The translations under genes were made by a program, and so were the position numbers. Positions 21,686 to 31,600 of a DNA stretch of 44,238 nucleotides are shown here, one piece after another. The stretch lies in IMG/VR virus record IMGVR_UViG_3300030735_000039; one strand, 5' to 3'. The DNA is from a virus. Each line of letters starts with the position of its first letter. The stretch's first letter is position 1. The notes under the pieces were generated by a model. It was not told where the DNA came from, did not search any database, and saw only the letters and a list, made by a program, of their open reading frames with translations.

Positions 21686-22414
21686 TCAGTTGCCCTTCTT
21701 CAGTTCGGCGACCTCGGCGCGCAGTGCGGCGACGTCCTTGGACAGGTGGGTGATCGCGTCGTAGATCTCCCGCAGGAAGCTGATCGGCTTCCACGTCTTG
21801 TTCGTCGCCAGGGTCGGGGAGGTCGACGGGGCAGGCGCCCGGTCCTGCTCCCACACGGCGTCGTGCATCTGGACCTTGTCCATGTCTGCTCCCTCGCTGC
21901 TGTCCGGGCGCGGGGCGCCCTGCTTGACCCAGGCGTAGACCGCGTCGCCGGGGCACGATGTGGCGTAGCCGTCGCGGTGGCCGCCGAGCCATGTGCCGGC
22001 CGGGCCTTCCTTGCGGCAGTAGTCGATGGCGTCGCGGGCGCCGTGCAGCTGCGCGTCGGTCGGCTTCACGAGGTCGGAGGAGCCGACGAGCAGGCAGACG
22101 GCGTAGTCCTGCTCGTTCAGGCTGGTGTTGCCGTTGGCGCTGTTCCGGCGCTTCAGGCCGCGGCCCTCGTACACGTAGCCGTGCGTGCACACCAGGAACG
22201 AGTAGCCGATGTCGGACCAGCCGTTGCCGTCCATGTGCTGGTCCTGGAGCAGCCGTATGTAGGCGGCGCACCGGTCGTGCACCCGGTCCGCGTAGGCGGT
22301 GCCGAGGTAGTGGAGCTTCACGCCGCGGCGGGCGCCGCTGTACGGGGTGGCGCCGTTCGGGGTTCGGTAGGCCCGCGCCCCCCACTGGGCGCGAGTGACG
22401 AGCTTGATGGTCAT
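21686..22414 (-). CDS. Endolysin: N-acetylmuramoyl-L-alanine amidase (PGRP/Amidase_2 type) with C-terminal extension
   Basis: LVTRAQWGARAY, GWSDIGYSFLV, YEGRG and GHRD...TSCPGD are classic Amidase_2 motifs. ATG 22414 is preceded by GGAGGA (the track start is 22429). Confidence 0.9.
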   Translation of the reverse strand: MTIKLVTRAQWGARAYRTPNGATPYSGARRGVKLHYLGTAYADRVHDRCAAYIRLLQDQHMDGNGWSDIGYSFLVCTHGYVYEGRGLKRRNSANGNTSLNEQDYAVCLLVGSSDLVKPTDAQLHGARDAIDYCRKEGPAGTWLGGHRDGYATSCPGDAVYAWVKQGAPRPDSSEGADMDKVQMHDAVWEQDRAPAPSTSPTLATNKTWKPISFLREIYDAITHLSKDVAALRAEVAELKKGN

Positions 22415-22481
22415 GGGTCCTCCAGGCATGGCGAACGCCCCGGCCTGAGTGGCTCGGGGCGGCGGGGAACAAGACGTGGGG

Positions 22482-25052
22482 TCAGGTGGTGTAGCCGTGC
22501 ACCAAGATGCCGCTGCCTGCCCCGAACGTCCCGGCCGTGAAAGCTCCGGCCGTCACGGTGGGCGGCGTGCTCAGCCCTGTATCGGTGCCGCCGAATCCGG
22601 GGCTGACGGAGGCGAGGACGTCGGCGACGGAGCCCTCGGAGACCAGGTTGCACACTGTGGTCGCCTTGATCATGACGCCGAGGTAGTGCAGCCCGCCATA
22701 CGTCGTCGTGTACGAGCTGGCGGCCCCGGCGGTGGTCTGGGCGATCGCCAGCGTCTTCACCGTGTTGGCCGCCCAGGCGGCGGTGAGCTGGTCGGCGGTG
22801 CGGGCGAGCGCGACGCGGCTGCGGTCGTGCAGTGTGAACCACCAGTTCGTCGGGGTCACGGCGGCGGTGCCCCCGGAGGCGAACGACAGGTTCGAGATCA
22901 CGGCGCCCTTGGGAAGCCAGATCGGCACCAGGTACAGGCTGCCCGACGTCGGCGTGGACGTCGTACCGCACCGCAGGCGGCTGTTCGTCTCGTACCGGCC
23001 GGACGGGCGCGCCAGCAGATCGAGGACGCCGGCCGCGTCGAACGGCGAGGGCTCGGCGCCGGTGGACTGGTCGTCCAGCCCAGTGTCGCCGAGGTCGTTG
23101 CTGTGCCTGCGGACGTTCGTACAGGTCGAGGTGATGCCGACCCCGGCGGCCACCTCGTTGCCGCTGCCGAACTTCCTCACCTTGTTGCCGGTGATCAGCA
23201 GGCCGTCAGCGGAGGTCGAGCAGCGGATGCCCCACGACCCGGCTGCCGCGCGGCTGGCGCCCTTGACGTAGTTGTCCTGCACCTGGATGTCGGAGCCGCC
23301 GATGACGTGGACCCCGTTCACGCCGGCGTCCCGGATCTGGTTCACGGCGATCGTGATGCCGGTGCCGGTGTCGCACGAGATGCCGGAGCCGCCCGGGGCG
23401 TAGACCCGGTTGGGGCCGACGACGCCGCCGATCACCTGTTCCTGGCTGATGCCGGTGCCGCCGGTGTTGCGGACGGTGTTGCCGGTCACGGTGTAGTCGG
23501 AGACGTAGTAGAGACGGATCCCGTTCTCGCCGTCGTCCGCGCCGTCGATCGTGTTGCCCGTGATCGTGACCCCGGTGATCCGCCCGGTCGTCTCCCCGAA
23601 GAGCAAGATCGGGTCGTCGACGCCGGTGCAGTCCACGATGTCGTTGTCCGTGATCACCAGGTTCTCCATCACCTGGCTGGCGTTGGTGACCACGCCGGAC
23701 GTGTTGGTGGAGTCGGCGGCGTCCGCGCTGATGATCGACCGGCAGCGGATGCCCGACCCGCAACTCTTCATCGTGTTGCGGGAGATGACGGAGTCGTTGT
23801 ACGCGTACGGGACGACGCCGTACTGAAGGCAGCCCTCGAACGTGTTGTCCAGGATCTTGATGCGGCGGTGGGCGACGTCCACGGTCGCGGAGTGCGAGCC
23901 GACACCGCGCGGCCAGGCGGTCGTGCCCGCGGTGCCGGAGGCGCCGACGTAGCAGTCCCGGATGGTCACGTCTTCGCAGACCGTGTTGTCGTACGGTCCG
24001 AAGCCTCCGAACACACCCGAGCTTTTCGCCAGGTCGACCTGGACGGCCTCGCTGAAGTCCCTGCCGCCGGGGTCGACATAGCCGAGGAATCGGCAGCGTT
24101 CGACGGTCGCGTTCTTCGTCGAGTTCAGTTCGATCGCGTGGTAGCCGCTGACGTCCTGGATCACGACGTCGCTGATGTTCACCCCGCGGGCGTGCCCGAT
24201 GGAGATGCACATTGCCGAGGCGGTCAGCCCGGAGGTGGTGCCGCGCATGTTCCACAGGCCGCCCTCGATGAGGATGTTCCCGTGGCCGGTGTACCCGCCG
24301 AACGTCTGGTCGGAGTCGCCGTTCAGCAGCATCGTCCCGGCGTAGTTCCGCCGGAACTCGGCCCCCGGCATCAGGGTCAGCCGGGTGTTGCGGCGGATCC
24401 GCAGGATCTCGCCGATCATGTAGACGCCGGACGGGACGATGACCCAGCCGCCGCCCGCCGCGTACGCCGCGGTCAGCGCCTGGTTGATGAACGGGGCATC
24501 GTTTCCGGTGCCGTCGCCGAGTGCCCCGTAGACGCGCGGGTTGTAGATCCGCATGCCGGACAGCTGGAGGTTCTCCGGCGTGAACGTCCCGTCCACGGTC
24601 AGGTCGCCCTCGACATCGAGGCCGTCCACCGTGGCGCCGCCGGTGACGGTCAGGCCGTCCTCGACGCTCAGCCCGGCCTCGAACACGGTCGGGCCCTGCA
24701 CGGTGCCGCCGTCCTCCTTCGACAGGGCGTCGGCCGCCGCGCTGGCGGCTTCCTGCGCGAGTTCACGGGCGGCCTGGTACCAGCGGACCGGGGTGCCGCC
24801 GGGCCCGTTGTACGCGTACTCGATCGCGGTGACGGCATCCGCCTTGAAGGCCCGGATGGCGCCCGGCGTCGCGCTGCCGACGGCGTTGGTGCGCAGCTCG
24901 CTGATGGCGGTCGTCCCGTCCGTCTCGAACAGGGCGGTGACCAGCTCGCTGGTGCCCGCCCGGTACACCAGCACCTGATAGTCGGGGACGACGTTGCCCT
25001 GTGCGTCGGTGAGGACGTCGGCCGGTGTTCCGCCGAAGGTGTAGAGCGGCAT
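22482..25052 (-). CDS. Tail fiber/tailspike with right-handed beta-helix (pectate-lyase-3-like) domain; candidate depolymerase
   Basis: YNPRVYGALGDGTGNDAPFINQALTAA...VIVPSGVY is the N-cap typical of pectate_lyase_3 domains. Repeated PbH1-like turns follow (ITDNDIVD, VTITGNTIDG, YTVTGNTVRN, ITGNKVR). Confidence 0.8.
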   Translation of the reverse strand: MPLYTFGGTPADVLTDAQGNVVPDYQVLVYRAGTSELVTALFETDGTTAISELRTNAVGSATPGAIRAFKADAVTAIEYAYNGPGGTPVRWYQAARELAQEAASAAADALSKEDGGTVQGPTVFEAGLSVEDGLTVTGGATVDGLDVEGDLTVDGTFTPENLQLSGMRIYNPRVYGALGDGTGNDAPFINQALTAAYAAGGGWVIVPSGVYMIGEILRIRRNTRLTLMPGAEFRRNYAGTMLLNGDSDQTFGGYTGHGNILIEGGLWNMRGTTSGLTASAMCISIGHARGVNISDVVIQDVSGYHAIELNSTKNATVERCRFLGYVDPGGRDFSEAVQVDLAKSSGVFGGFGPYDNTVCEDVTIRDCYVGASGTAGTTAWPRGVGSHSATVDVAHRRIKILDNTFEGCLQYGVVPYAYNDSVISRNTMKSCGSGIRCRSIISADAADSTNTSGVVTNASQVMENLVITDNDIVDCTGVDDPILLFGETTGRITGVTITGNTIDGADDGENGIRLYYVSDYTVTGNTVRNTGGTGISQEQVIGGVVGPNRVYAPGGSGISCDTGTGITIAVNQIRDAGVNGVHVIGGSDIQVQDNYVKGASRAAAGSWGIRCSTSADGLLITGNKVRKFGSGNEVAAGVGITSTCTNVRRHSNDLGDTGLDDQSTGAEPSPFDAAGVLDLLARPSGRYETNSRLRCGTTSTPTSGSLYLVPIWLPKGAVISNLSFASGGTAAVTPTNWWFTLHDRSRVALARTADQLTAAWAANTVKTLAIAQTTAGAASSYTTTYGGLHYLGVMIKATTVCNLVSEGSVADVLASVSPGFGGTDTGLSTPPTVTAGAFTAGTFGAGSGILVHGYTT

Positions 25053-25069
25053 GCTCGGTGCCCCGCCTT

Positions 25070-25696
25070 TCAGTCAGTCCAGTAGGAGCCGTTGATGCCG
25101 ATCCACGGGACACCGCCGGCCGTTGGCCCGTCCTGCGACCACCAGGTCAGGTCACCGGCGACGCCGAGCGTGGAGGACGTGCCGACCTCCAGGACCTCGA
25201 ACTTGCCCACGCCGATGACGACATCGCCCGCCAGCGAGCACGTGGCGGCGTAGGTGCCCACCTGCTCCTGCGGGATGCACGAGGTGGGGACCGCGCCGAT
25301 CTTCACGCCGTTGTTGACGATGACCGTGCCGTCGACGCGCTCGATACGTCCGCGCAGGAACACCTGCTTGCCGATGAGGCGGGCCTGCGGGGTGTATCCG
25401 CCGGAGGTCTGGTAGCCGGAGGCCAGGGTGACGTTCTGCCAGTCCGGCAGCGGCTCCCACACGGTCGACCAGGTGTTGGACCCCGAGTCGGTCTTGATCC
25501 ACGTGGTGCCGTCGGCGGCGATGGCGAGGGTGTGCTGCGGCGCGGCCGACAGGGTGGCGTCGCGGTTCGCCAGGTCGGTGACGTGCTGCACCAGGTGCGG
25601 ATCGAGGGCGGTGGCCATGTCGGCGAGGTCACTGACGATCTGCGGTGCCTGTGACCCCGAGGGAACGGGGATCTGGGCGTATCCGATGGTTGCCAA
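25070..25696 (-). CDS. Minor tail protein
   Basis: Assigned from its position between baseplate genes and the tailspike. Composition is Gly/Thr/Trp-rich and beta-like. Confidence 0.7.
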   Translation of the reverse strand: MATIGYAQIPVPSGSQAPQIVSDLADMATALDPHLVQHVTDLANRDATLSAAPQHTLAIAADGTTWIKTDSGSNTWSTVWEPLPDWQNVTLASGYQTSGGYTPQARLIGKQVFLRGRIERVDGTVIVNNGVKIGAVPTSCIPQEQVGTYAATCSLAGDVVIGVGKFEVLEVGTSSTLGVAGDLTWWSQDGPTAGGVPWIGINGSYWTD

Positions 25697-25706
25697 GACA
25701 GCTCTC

Positions 25707-26639
25707 CTACGCCGAGAAAGTGATGGTGATCTTGCCGCCGGTGACGGCCAGATAGTCGCGGGAACCGGACGCGTAGATCGCCAGTCCCTTCGCCGCGCCC
25801 GAGGCCAGCTGGGACCGCCACGACGCCGGAAGCGTCGCCGTCCCGGTCGCCCCGACAGCCAGGCTCAGCAGCTCCTCCGGGCCGTCGTCCAGGTCCAACT
25901 GGCCGGACGGGGGCGAGGAGTGGTCGTGCAGGTACAGGTGCAGGGGGCGGCTGGCGTTCGATCCGGTGCCTCGTCTGCGCGTGAACTTGACCGTCATCTT
26001 CGACACGGTCTTGCCCGCGCACGCGTTCTGGATGGCGGAGCCGTAGAACCAGCCGCCGCGCCGGTTGCCGCCGCCGGTCCAGTCGCCCTGGGTCGGGGCC
26101 GACGCGTACTCGTCCGGCCGGCCGTTGCGCCACGAACCGGAGTCCGTCGGGGTGATGGTGACGGCCTTCGGCGCGGGGACGTCCGGTGTTCCGGGCGAAG
26201 GGTCCGCTGTGGAGGCGACCTTGAAGTACAGCTCAAGGCGTCCGTCGACCTTGCGGACGTGGACCTCGGAGGCCTGCTGCCAGCCCGATCCGGCCGGGGC
26301 GCCGGTGCCGTAGGTCGCGGCCCGCACGACCTGAAGGTCGAGGGAGGCCTGCACGGCGATCTGCTCGGTGGCCGCCTGCTCGGTCTCGGCCGGGTCGGCA
26401 CCCAGGCGCCACAGAACCACCGGGACGGCGCCGCGGCGCACGGCCACGACGTCGCCGGCCTTGCGGTTGCGGTAGGCGTCGGTGCACGGCACGTCGTACA
26501 GGTCCGCGCCCATCATCCGCAGATGAACCGTTCCCTCTTCGGTGACGCCGGTGACTTCCGCCGAGACGGTCTGAAGGCCGGACGCGGCGGCGGTCTCCAG
26601 GCCTGCGAGGTCCTTGCCGAGCTGGTCACGGATGCCCAC
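25707..26639 (-). CDS. Minor tail protein
   Basis: GTG 26639 overlaps the upstream TAG by 1 nt. It lies in the tail module. Confidence 0.7.
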   Translation of the reverse strand: MGIRDQLGKDLAGLETAAASGLQTVSAEVTGVTEEGTVHLRMMGADLYDVPCTDAYRNRKAGDVVAVRRGAVPVVLWRLGADPAETEQAATEQIAVQASLDLQVVRAATYGTGAPAGSGWQQASEVHVRKVDGRLELYFKVASTADPSPGTPDVPAPKAVTITPTDSGSWRNGRPDEYASAPTQGDWTGGGNRRGGWFYGSAIQNACAGKTVSKMTVKFTRRRGTGSNASRPLHLYLHDHSSPPSGQLDLDDGPEELLSLAVGATGTATLPASWRSQLASGAAKGLAIYASGSRDYLAVTGGKITITFSA

Positions 26640-27784
26640 TACAGCCTCCGGGTGCTGGTACGGGTCTGACAGGCCATCGATACGCCGCCCAGGGCGTACG
26701 GGCTGGAATCGATCAGGTGCCGTTCCCACCGGCCCTCGGACACCTCGACCTCGACGACATCGCCGGGTTCCAGGGCCGGGTTGCAGACCGAGGTGAACGA
26801 CAGCGACGCCTGCACGCCGAGGGAGTCGGCGAGTTTCGCCTGCGCCACGTCGTCGGCCTGGCCCTGGGTGGTGACCAGCGGGGACGTGTAGCGGCCGGTG
26901 CGCACCCGTACCCCGTGCAAACCGAGGCGCTGCGGGGCGAGCGGGTCGGCCACCGGGTCGGGCCCGGCGTAGGTCAGGGAGGCGGGGTCGTCGTCCCAGG
27001 CATAGGCCGGGCCCACCGTGGCGCTGCCCGAGCCGGAGTCGCCGGTGACCACCCACAGGTTCACCAGCCCCTCGTTGGTCTCCTCCTCCGACGGCTCGGC
27101 GGTGGCGAAGTGACGGGGGATCTGCCAGACGACCGGGTCGGCGAGGGTGGGCACCGGAGCGAAGGTGACGATGCCGGTGGCGTCCGCGTACACCTCGGCG
27201 CCCAGGGACGCCGCGATACCGGTGGATACCCCCGAGGTGTCGGTGCCGCCGGACAGGGCCGCCCACCGGTCCTCGTCCACCACGAACGCGGGCAGCGCCG
27301 TGGACCCCTTCACCCCCGACCGCCAGGCGATCGGCGCCCCGGGCAGCGCCTCGCCCACCAGCACGCGCGCGCATTCCTTCGCGGTGTCGGGGCCGACCGT
27401 GCGGGCGGTGGGCAGGGAGGCACCACGGATGACGTCCTCCCGCCCGAGCAGGTCCAGGGACACCCCGAGCCGGGTCTGCTTCAGCCGGTCGATGACGTAC
27501 CAGCCCGCTGGGATCCACTCCACGTCCCGGCGCGGCACGCCGATCCCCTGGAACAGCCGGATCTCGGTGGTGATGCTGTTGATCCCGGACCGGCCCCGGG
27601 GCGGTGCCAGCAGTTCCACGGACGCCGAGTAGCGGCACTCCGCGGTCCGGTCAGGAGTGACGGAGCCGGAGCCGAAGCGGGCGTCCGTCCAGGTCCGGCC
27701 GCCGTCGTTGGACCACTGCGCGCGGACCGGGCGGCGGGTGGCCTGCCCGAGCGCGGCGAGCGCGGCCGGGCTGATGGGCAGCAT
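26639..27784 (-). CDS. Minor tail protein at the baseplate-hub (Tal) position
   Basis: ATG 27784 overlaps the Dit stop (TGATG). It lies directly after the Dit-like gene. Confidence 0.7.
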   Translation of the reverse strand: MLPISPAALAALGQATRRPVRAQWSNDGGRTWTDARFGSGSVTPDRTAECRYSASVELLAPPRGRSGINSITTEIRLFQGIGVPRRDVEWIPAGWYVIDRLKQTRLGVSLDLLGREDVIRGASLPTARTVGPDTAKECARVLVGEALPGAPIAWRSGVKGSTALPAFVVDEDRWAALSGGTDTSGVSTGIAASLGAEVYADATGIVTFAPVPTLADPVVWQIPRHFATAEPSEEETNEGLVNLWVVTGDSGSGSATVGPAYAWDDDPASLTYAGPDPVADPLAPQRLGLHGVRVRTGRYTSPLVTTQGQADDVAQAKLADSLGVQASLSFTSVCNPALEPGDVVEVEVSEGRWERHLIDSSPYALGGVSMACQTRTSTRRL

Positions 27785-28677
27785 CAGCCCACCACCCCGT
27801 TCGCGGCGAGTGCGGCATACGAGGTGTACGCGGCCTCCACGGCGTCGTAGCTGGCGAACGCGGCGGCCAGCGCGTCGTAGGACCATTCGGGGGTGGCCAT
27901 CGGCTGGTCGGCGGTGTCCGGCCGCTCGATGGGCACGATGTCGAAGGTGACCGTGTAGCCGCCGGTCGATCCCAGTCGTCCGGTCGGCTTCTCCGACACG
28001 TCCGCCGGCACGAAGAACCGGTCGGGGATCTGGTAGCCGGGCCGCACCTGCGCGAGCAGGACACCGGACCGGATGAGCGTCCGGAACTGCTCGATCTGCG
28101 AGGCCAGGACATCGACCTGGACACTCTCCGCCGGGGCGCCGGCGGTGTCGTAGGCGACCGCCGTGTACGGGCTGCCGGAGCGTGTGGCGGTGTCCTGCCG
28201 GGCGGCGCTGGTGGTGCCCTGCGCCTGCCCGTACATCACCCGCAGGGACAGGCCGGGGGACTCCAGGGACTTCAGCCACAGGTCCTTGCTCTGCCCCGGG
28301 CTGGGGGCGGGAACGACGACCGCCAGCGAGGTCTCCGGCCCCCACGTGCCGTCCGCGTATAGCGGTCGGGCGGTGTAGGCGACCGCGACCCCGAGGGGGG
28401 CTTCGTGGTCGTAGGCCTGCCCGGACCCCTCGATCGCCCAGGCGAGATTGCCCGAGCGGACCGGCACCGGCCCAACCGCGCCGGGGTCTTGCCGGGTGAT
28501 GAGCACCTTGCGGACGTCGGCGGCCTCGGCGAGGGGCGTGTCGCCGGCCGTGTAGTCGACCGCCAGGTAGACGCCCGCCCACACGTCGTCCACGACGGCC
28601 GTCAGCCAGCCCTCGGGACTGGTGACGACCTCCGGCGGCGTGATCGGTGGCGCCGACGGATCGACGATCATCGGCAT
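27784..28677 (-). CDS. Distal tail protein (Dit-like)
   Basis: It is the first gene after the tape measure, and the 297-aa size is typical. The family was not verified. Confidence 0.7.
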   Translation of the reverse strand: MPMIVDPSAPPITPPEVVTSPEGWLTAVVDDVWAGVYLAVDYTAGDTPLAEAADVRKVLITRQDPGAVGPVPVRSGNLAWAIEGSGQAYDHEAPLGVAVAYTARPLYADGTWGPETSLAVVVPAPSPGQSKDLWLKSLESPGLSLRVMYGQAQGTTSAARQDTATRSGSPYTAVAYDTAGAPAESVQVDVLASQIEQFRTLIRSGVLLAQVRPGYQIPDRFFVPADVSEKPTGRLGSTGGYTVTFDIVPIERPDTADQPMATPEWSYDALAAAFASYDAVEAAYTSYAALAANGVVG

Positions 28678-28681
28678 GGGA

Positions 28682-31600
28682 TCATCCCTTCTTCCCGGCG
28701 CGCTTGGTGCGGCGGACGTCGTCCAGGGCGTCGTCGACCCGGTCGGACACGTAGGCCCGCAGCACCGTGCCGTCGTCGACGACCAGGTACAGCGGCCGAC
28801 CGTCCAGGCCCGTGGCCGAACCCCGGGCAGCCGCGCCGGAGGTGACCGGCACGACGCCGACGGGCACCGCGTCGGAGGCCATCCGTTCTGCGGCGGAGAC
28901 GACCGCCGGACCGGCCGCAGCCATCCCGGCGACCAGACCCGCCCCGAGGTCGGCGCCCGCCTGCTCGCCCTTGCGGGACGGGCTGTGTGCGTCGATGCCC
29001 TTCTTGGAGCGGATCGCCTTCACTGCGGCGGCGCCGAGCCTGGCCATCGCGGACTCGATCTCGGCCTCTTGCTTGAGCAGCCCGGTCAGGAACCCCTTGG
29101 CCGCCGCGTCCCCGGCGTCGTACATGCTGTCGGCCATGGTGCGGCCGTAGCTGGTCGACAGCTTCGCCCCCGACTTGGCCATGGCGTTCAGCTGCTTGAT
29201 CTGCCCGGCGTTCGCCCCGGACAGGACACCGGCCAGCTGACTGTCCGGGCCCATCGCCACCAGTTGCCCGATCAGGTCCTGGGACAGGCCCTTCTTGGAC
29301 AGCAGCGCGATCTGAGCCTCCCGGGCGCGCACCGTTCCCTGCCGGTCGCTCATCCCGGACAGGACGTCGCCGATGCTGGTGGCCTCCGCCAGGTTGCCCA
29401 GGCCCAGGAAGTCGGCGGCGGTCTGCTTCTGGTCGGTCGCGGCGGTCTTGGCCTGCTCCAGCCGGGAACTGACCGCGTCGCGCTTCTTGGCCATCGCCTG
29501 CAACTTGGCCGACGCTGCCGTGACCGAGGCCGCCATCGCCTTGCCGCCGACCCCGGCCGCCTTCAGATCCTTCACCAGCTCCTTGGAAGCCTTGGCGATG
29601 TCGGACGCCGAACCGGTCAGGGACTTGGTGAAGTTGGTCAGGTCGCCGGGGATGTCCTTACGGGCCTTGGCGCGGGCGGACGTGGTGCCCTTGGCGAACC
29701 CTCGGGCGCCGATGCCCTCCCACATCCGCATGGAGTCACGGTGGTTGAACACCTCCGCACTTCCGCTGCCGAACTTCACCAGCTCGGGGCCGCGTTCGCC
29801 CACCCAGGCGACCTCACCCGGGCGGGGCTTGCCGCCGTCGGCGTAGCCCTTGGCCGCGAACCCGTACCAGTCCGTGAACAGGGCGTCCTTGTACGAGCGG
29901 GCCCGCGACCCGACGATCACCCCGTCCCCGCCCCTCGACTCGACGTTGACGCCGTTGAGCGTGCCCGCCGTGTGGCCCACCCCGCTGTTGGTGATGCCGA
30001 TCATGAACGGCGAGCGCTTGCCCTTCACCCAGCCGGACGGGGCGGTGGCCCCGGAGAAGCTGCCGGTGGCCCACCGGCGGTGCGCCTTCTGCCCACGGAT
30101 CACCGACTCGATCGCCGACATGAACCCGGAACAGTCCCAGCTCGGGTCACCGTTGCCGCCCCACTGGTACGGCTTGCCGTTCTGCGTGCGCGCCCAGGAC
30201 AGGGCCGACTTGTAGCCCTTGCCGCCGACGCCGGCGGCCTCCAGCTTGCCGTCGGCCTTGGCGGAGTAGCCCACGATCTGTTTGATCATCCGCTTCGGGA
30301 TACCGGTGATCATGTCCCGGTACAGGGACGGCGATCCGCTGATCTTCTCGATCAGCGGCTTCACCACGGCGTTCAGACCGGCCTCGGCGGAGGCCTTGAC
30401 GCCGTCCTTGAGCCACGCCACACCGGACTCGGCCAGGTCCGTGCCCTTGTCCCAGGCCTTGCCCACCCAGCCGAAGATGCCGCCCTCGGCGAACCCCTGC
30501 CCCTGGAACGGGCGCAGCGACTTGCCGTGCATGGCGGCCCGGTTCACGGCGAGCAGGCGCGAGCGCTCGTACGGGTCGCGCATCGCCTCCGAGACGGCGA
30601 TGCCCTCGCCACGGCGCAGCGGCACCAGCTGGTCGTCGCCCTGCCGGTACGAGGACTGGCCAGCCAGGATGCCGCCGCGGGCGAACCCCTCGGGGTGGAA
30701 CTCCTTCAGGGTGGGGGCGCCGAAGGCCTTGGCCACCTTGTTCCAGGTGCCGACGATGCCCTTGTTGTAGACGGTGTTGATCACGAAGCTGATCGGCTTC
30801 TTCGCGAGCTGGCCGACCTTCCCGAACTGCTTTCCGATGGTGTCCTTGGCGTCGGTGAACGCCTGCCCGAAGGCCTTCGCGGCGGCCTTCGCGGCGTCGA
30901 CGGGCGGCTTGATGCCCTTGTCGTACAGCCACTTCGCCACCGACGCGATGCCCCGGAACGCCGGCAGCAGGGCCGTCTTCCACAGCCAGGTCGCTCCGGC
31001 GCCGACCGCCCGGAAGCCGGTCTTGACCAGGCCGAAGTACAGCTTCACCCCGGTCCACCACAGGCGGAACCCGCCCACGATCAGATCGAGGGTGGGTGAG
31101 ATCGCGACGTCCCACAGCCACACCGCGCCCGCGCCGACGGCCCGGAAGCCTGCCGAGACCAGGGAGAAGTACAGCTTGACCCCGGTCCACCACAGGCGGA
31201 AGCCGCCCACGATCCAGCCGATCACGGGAGAGATCGCCTTCTGCCACAGCCAGACCGCGACCGCGCCGAGCGCGTAGAAGATCACGCCCACGGCCGTCGC
31301 GTAGATCTTCACGGCGGTCCACCACCATTTGAAGGCGGTGACGATGAAGCCCACCACGGGCTTGAGCACGACGTTCCACAGCCACAGGGCCGCCACCGAG
31401 ACTGCCTTGAACGCGCCTTGCACGACGTTGCGGAACGTCTCGGACTTCTTGTAGGCGACGACGAGGGCGACGCCGAGCGCGACCAGGGCGATCGCGATCA
31501 GCACGAAGGGGTTCAGCGCCATGACCGCGTTGAGGACCGCCTGCGCGGCAGCGAACCCGCTCGTCACCGCAGTGCCGACGAGGATCGCCGCCCGGTACGC

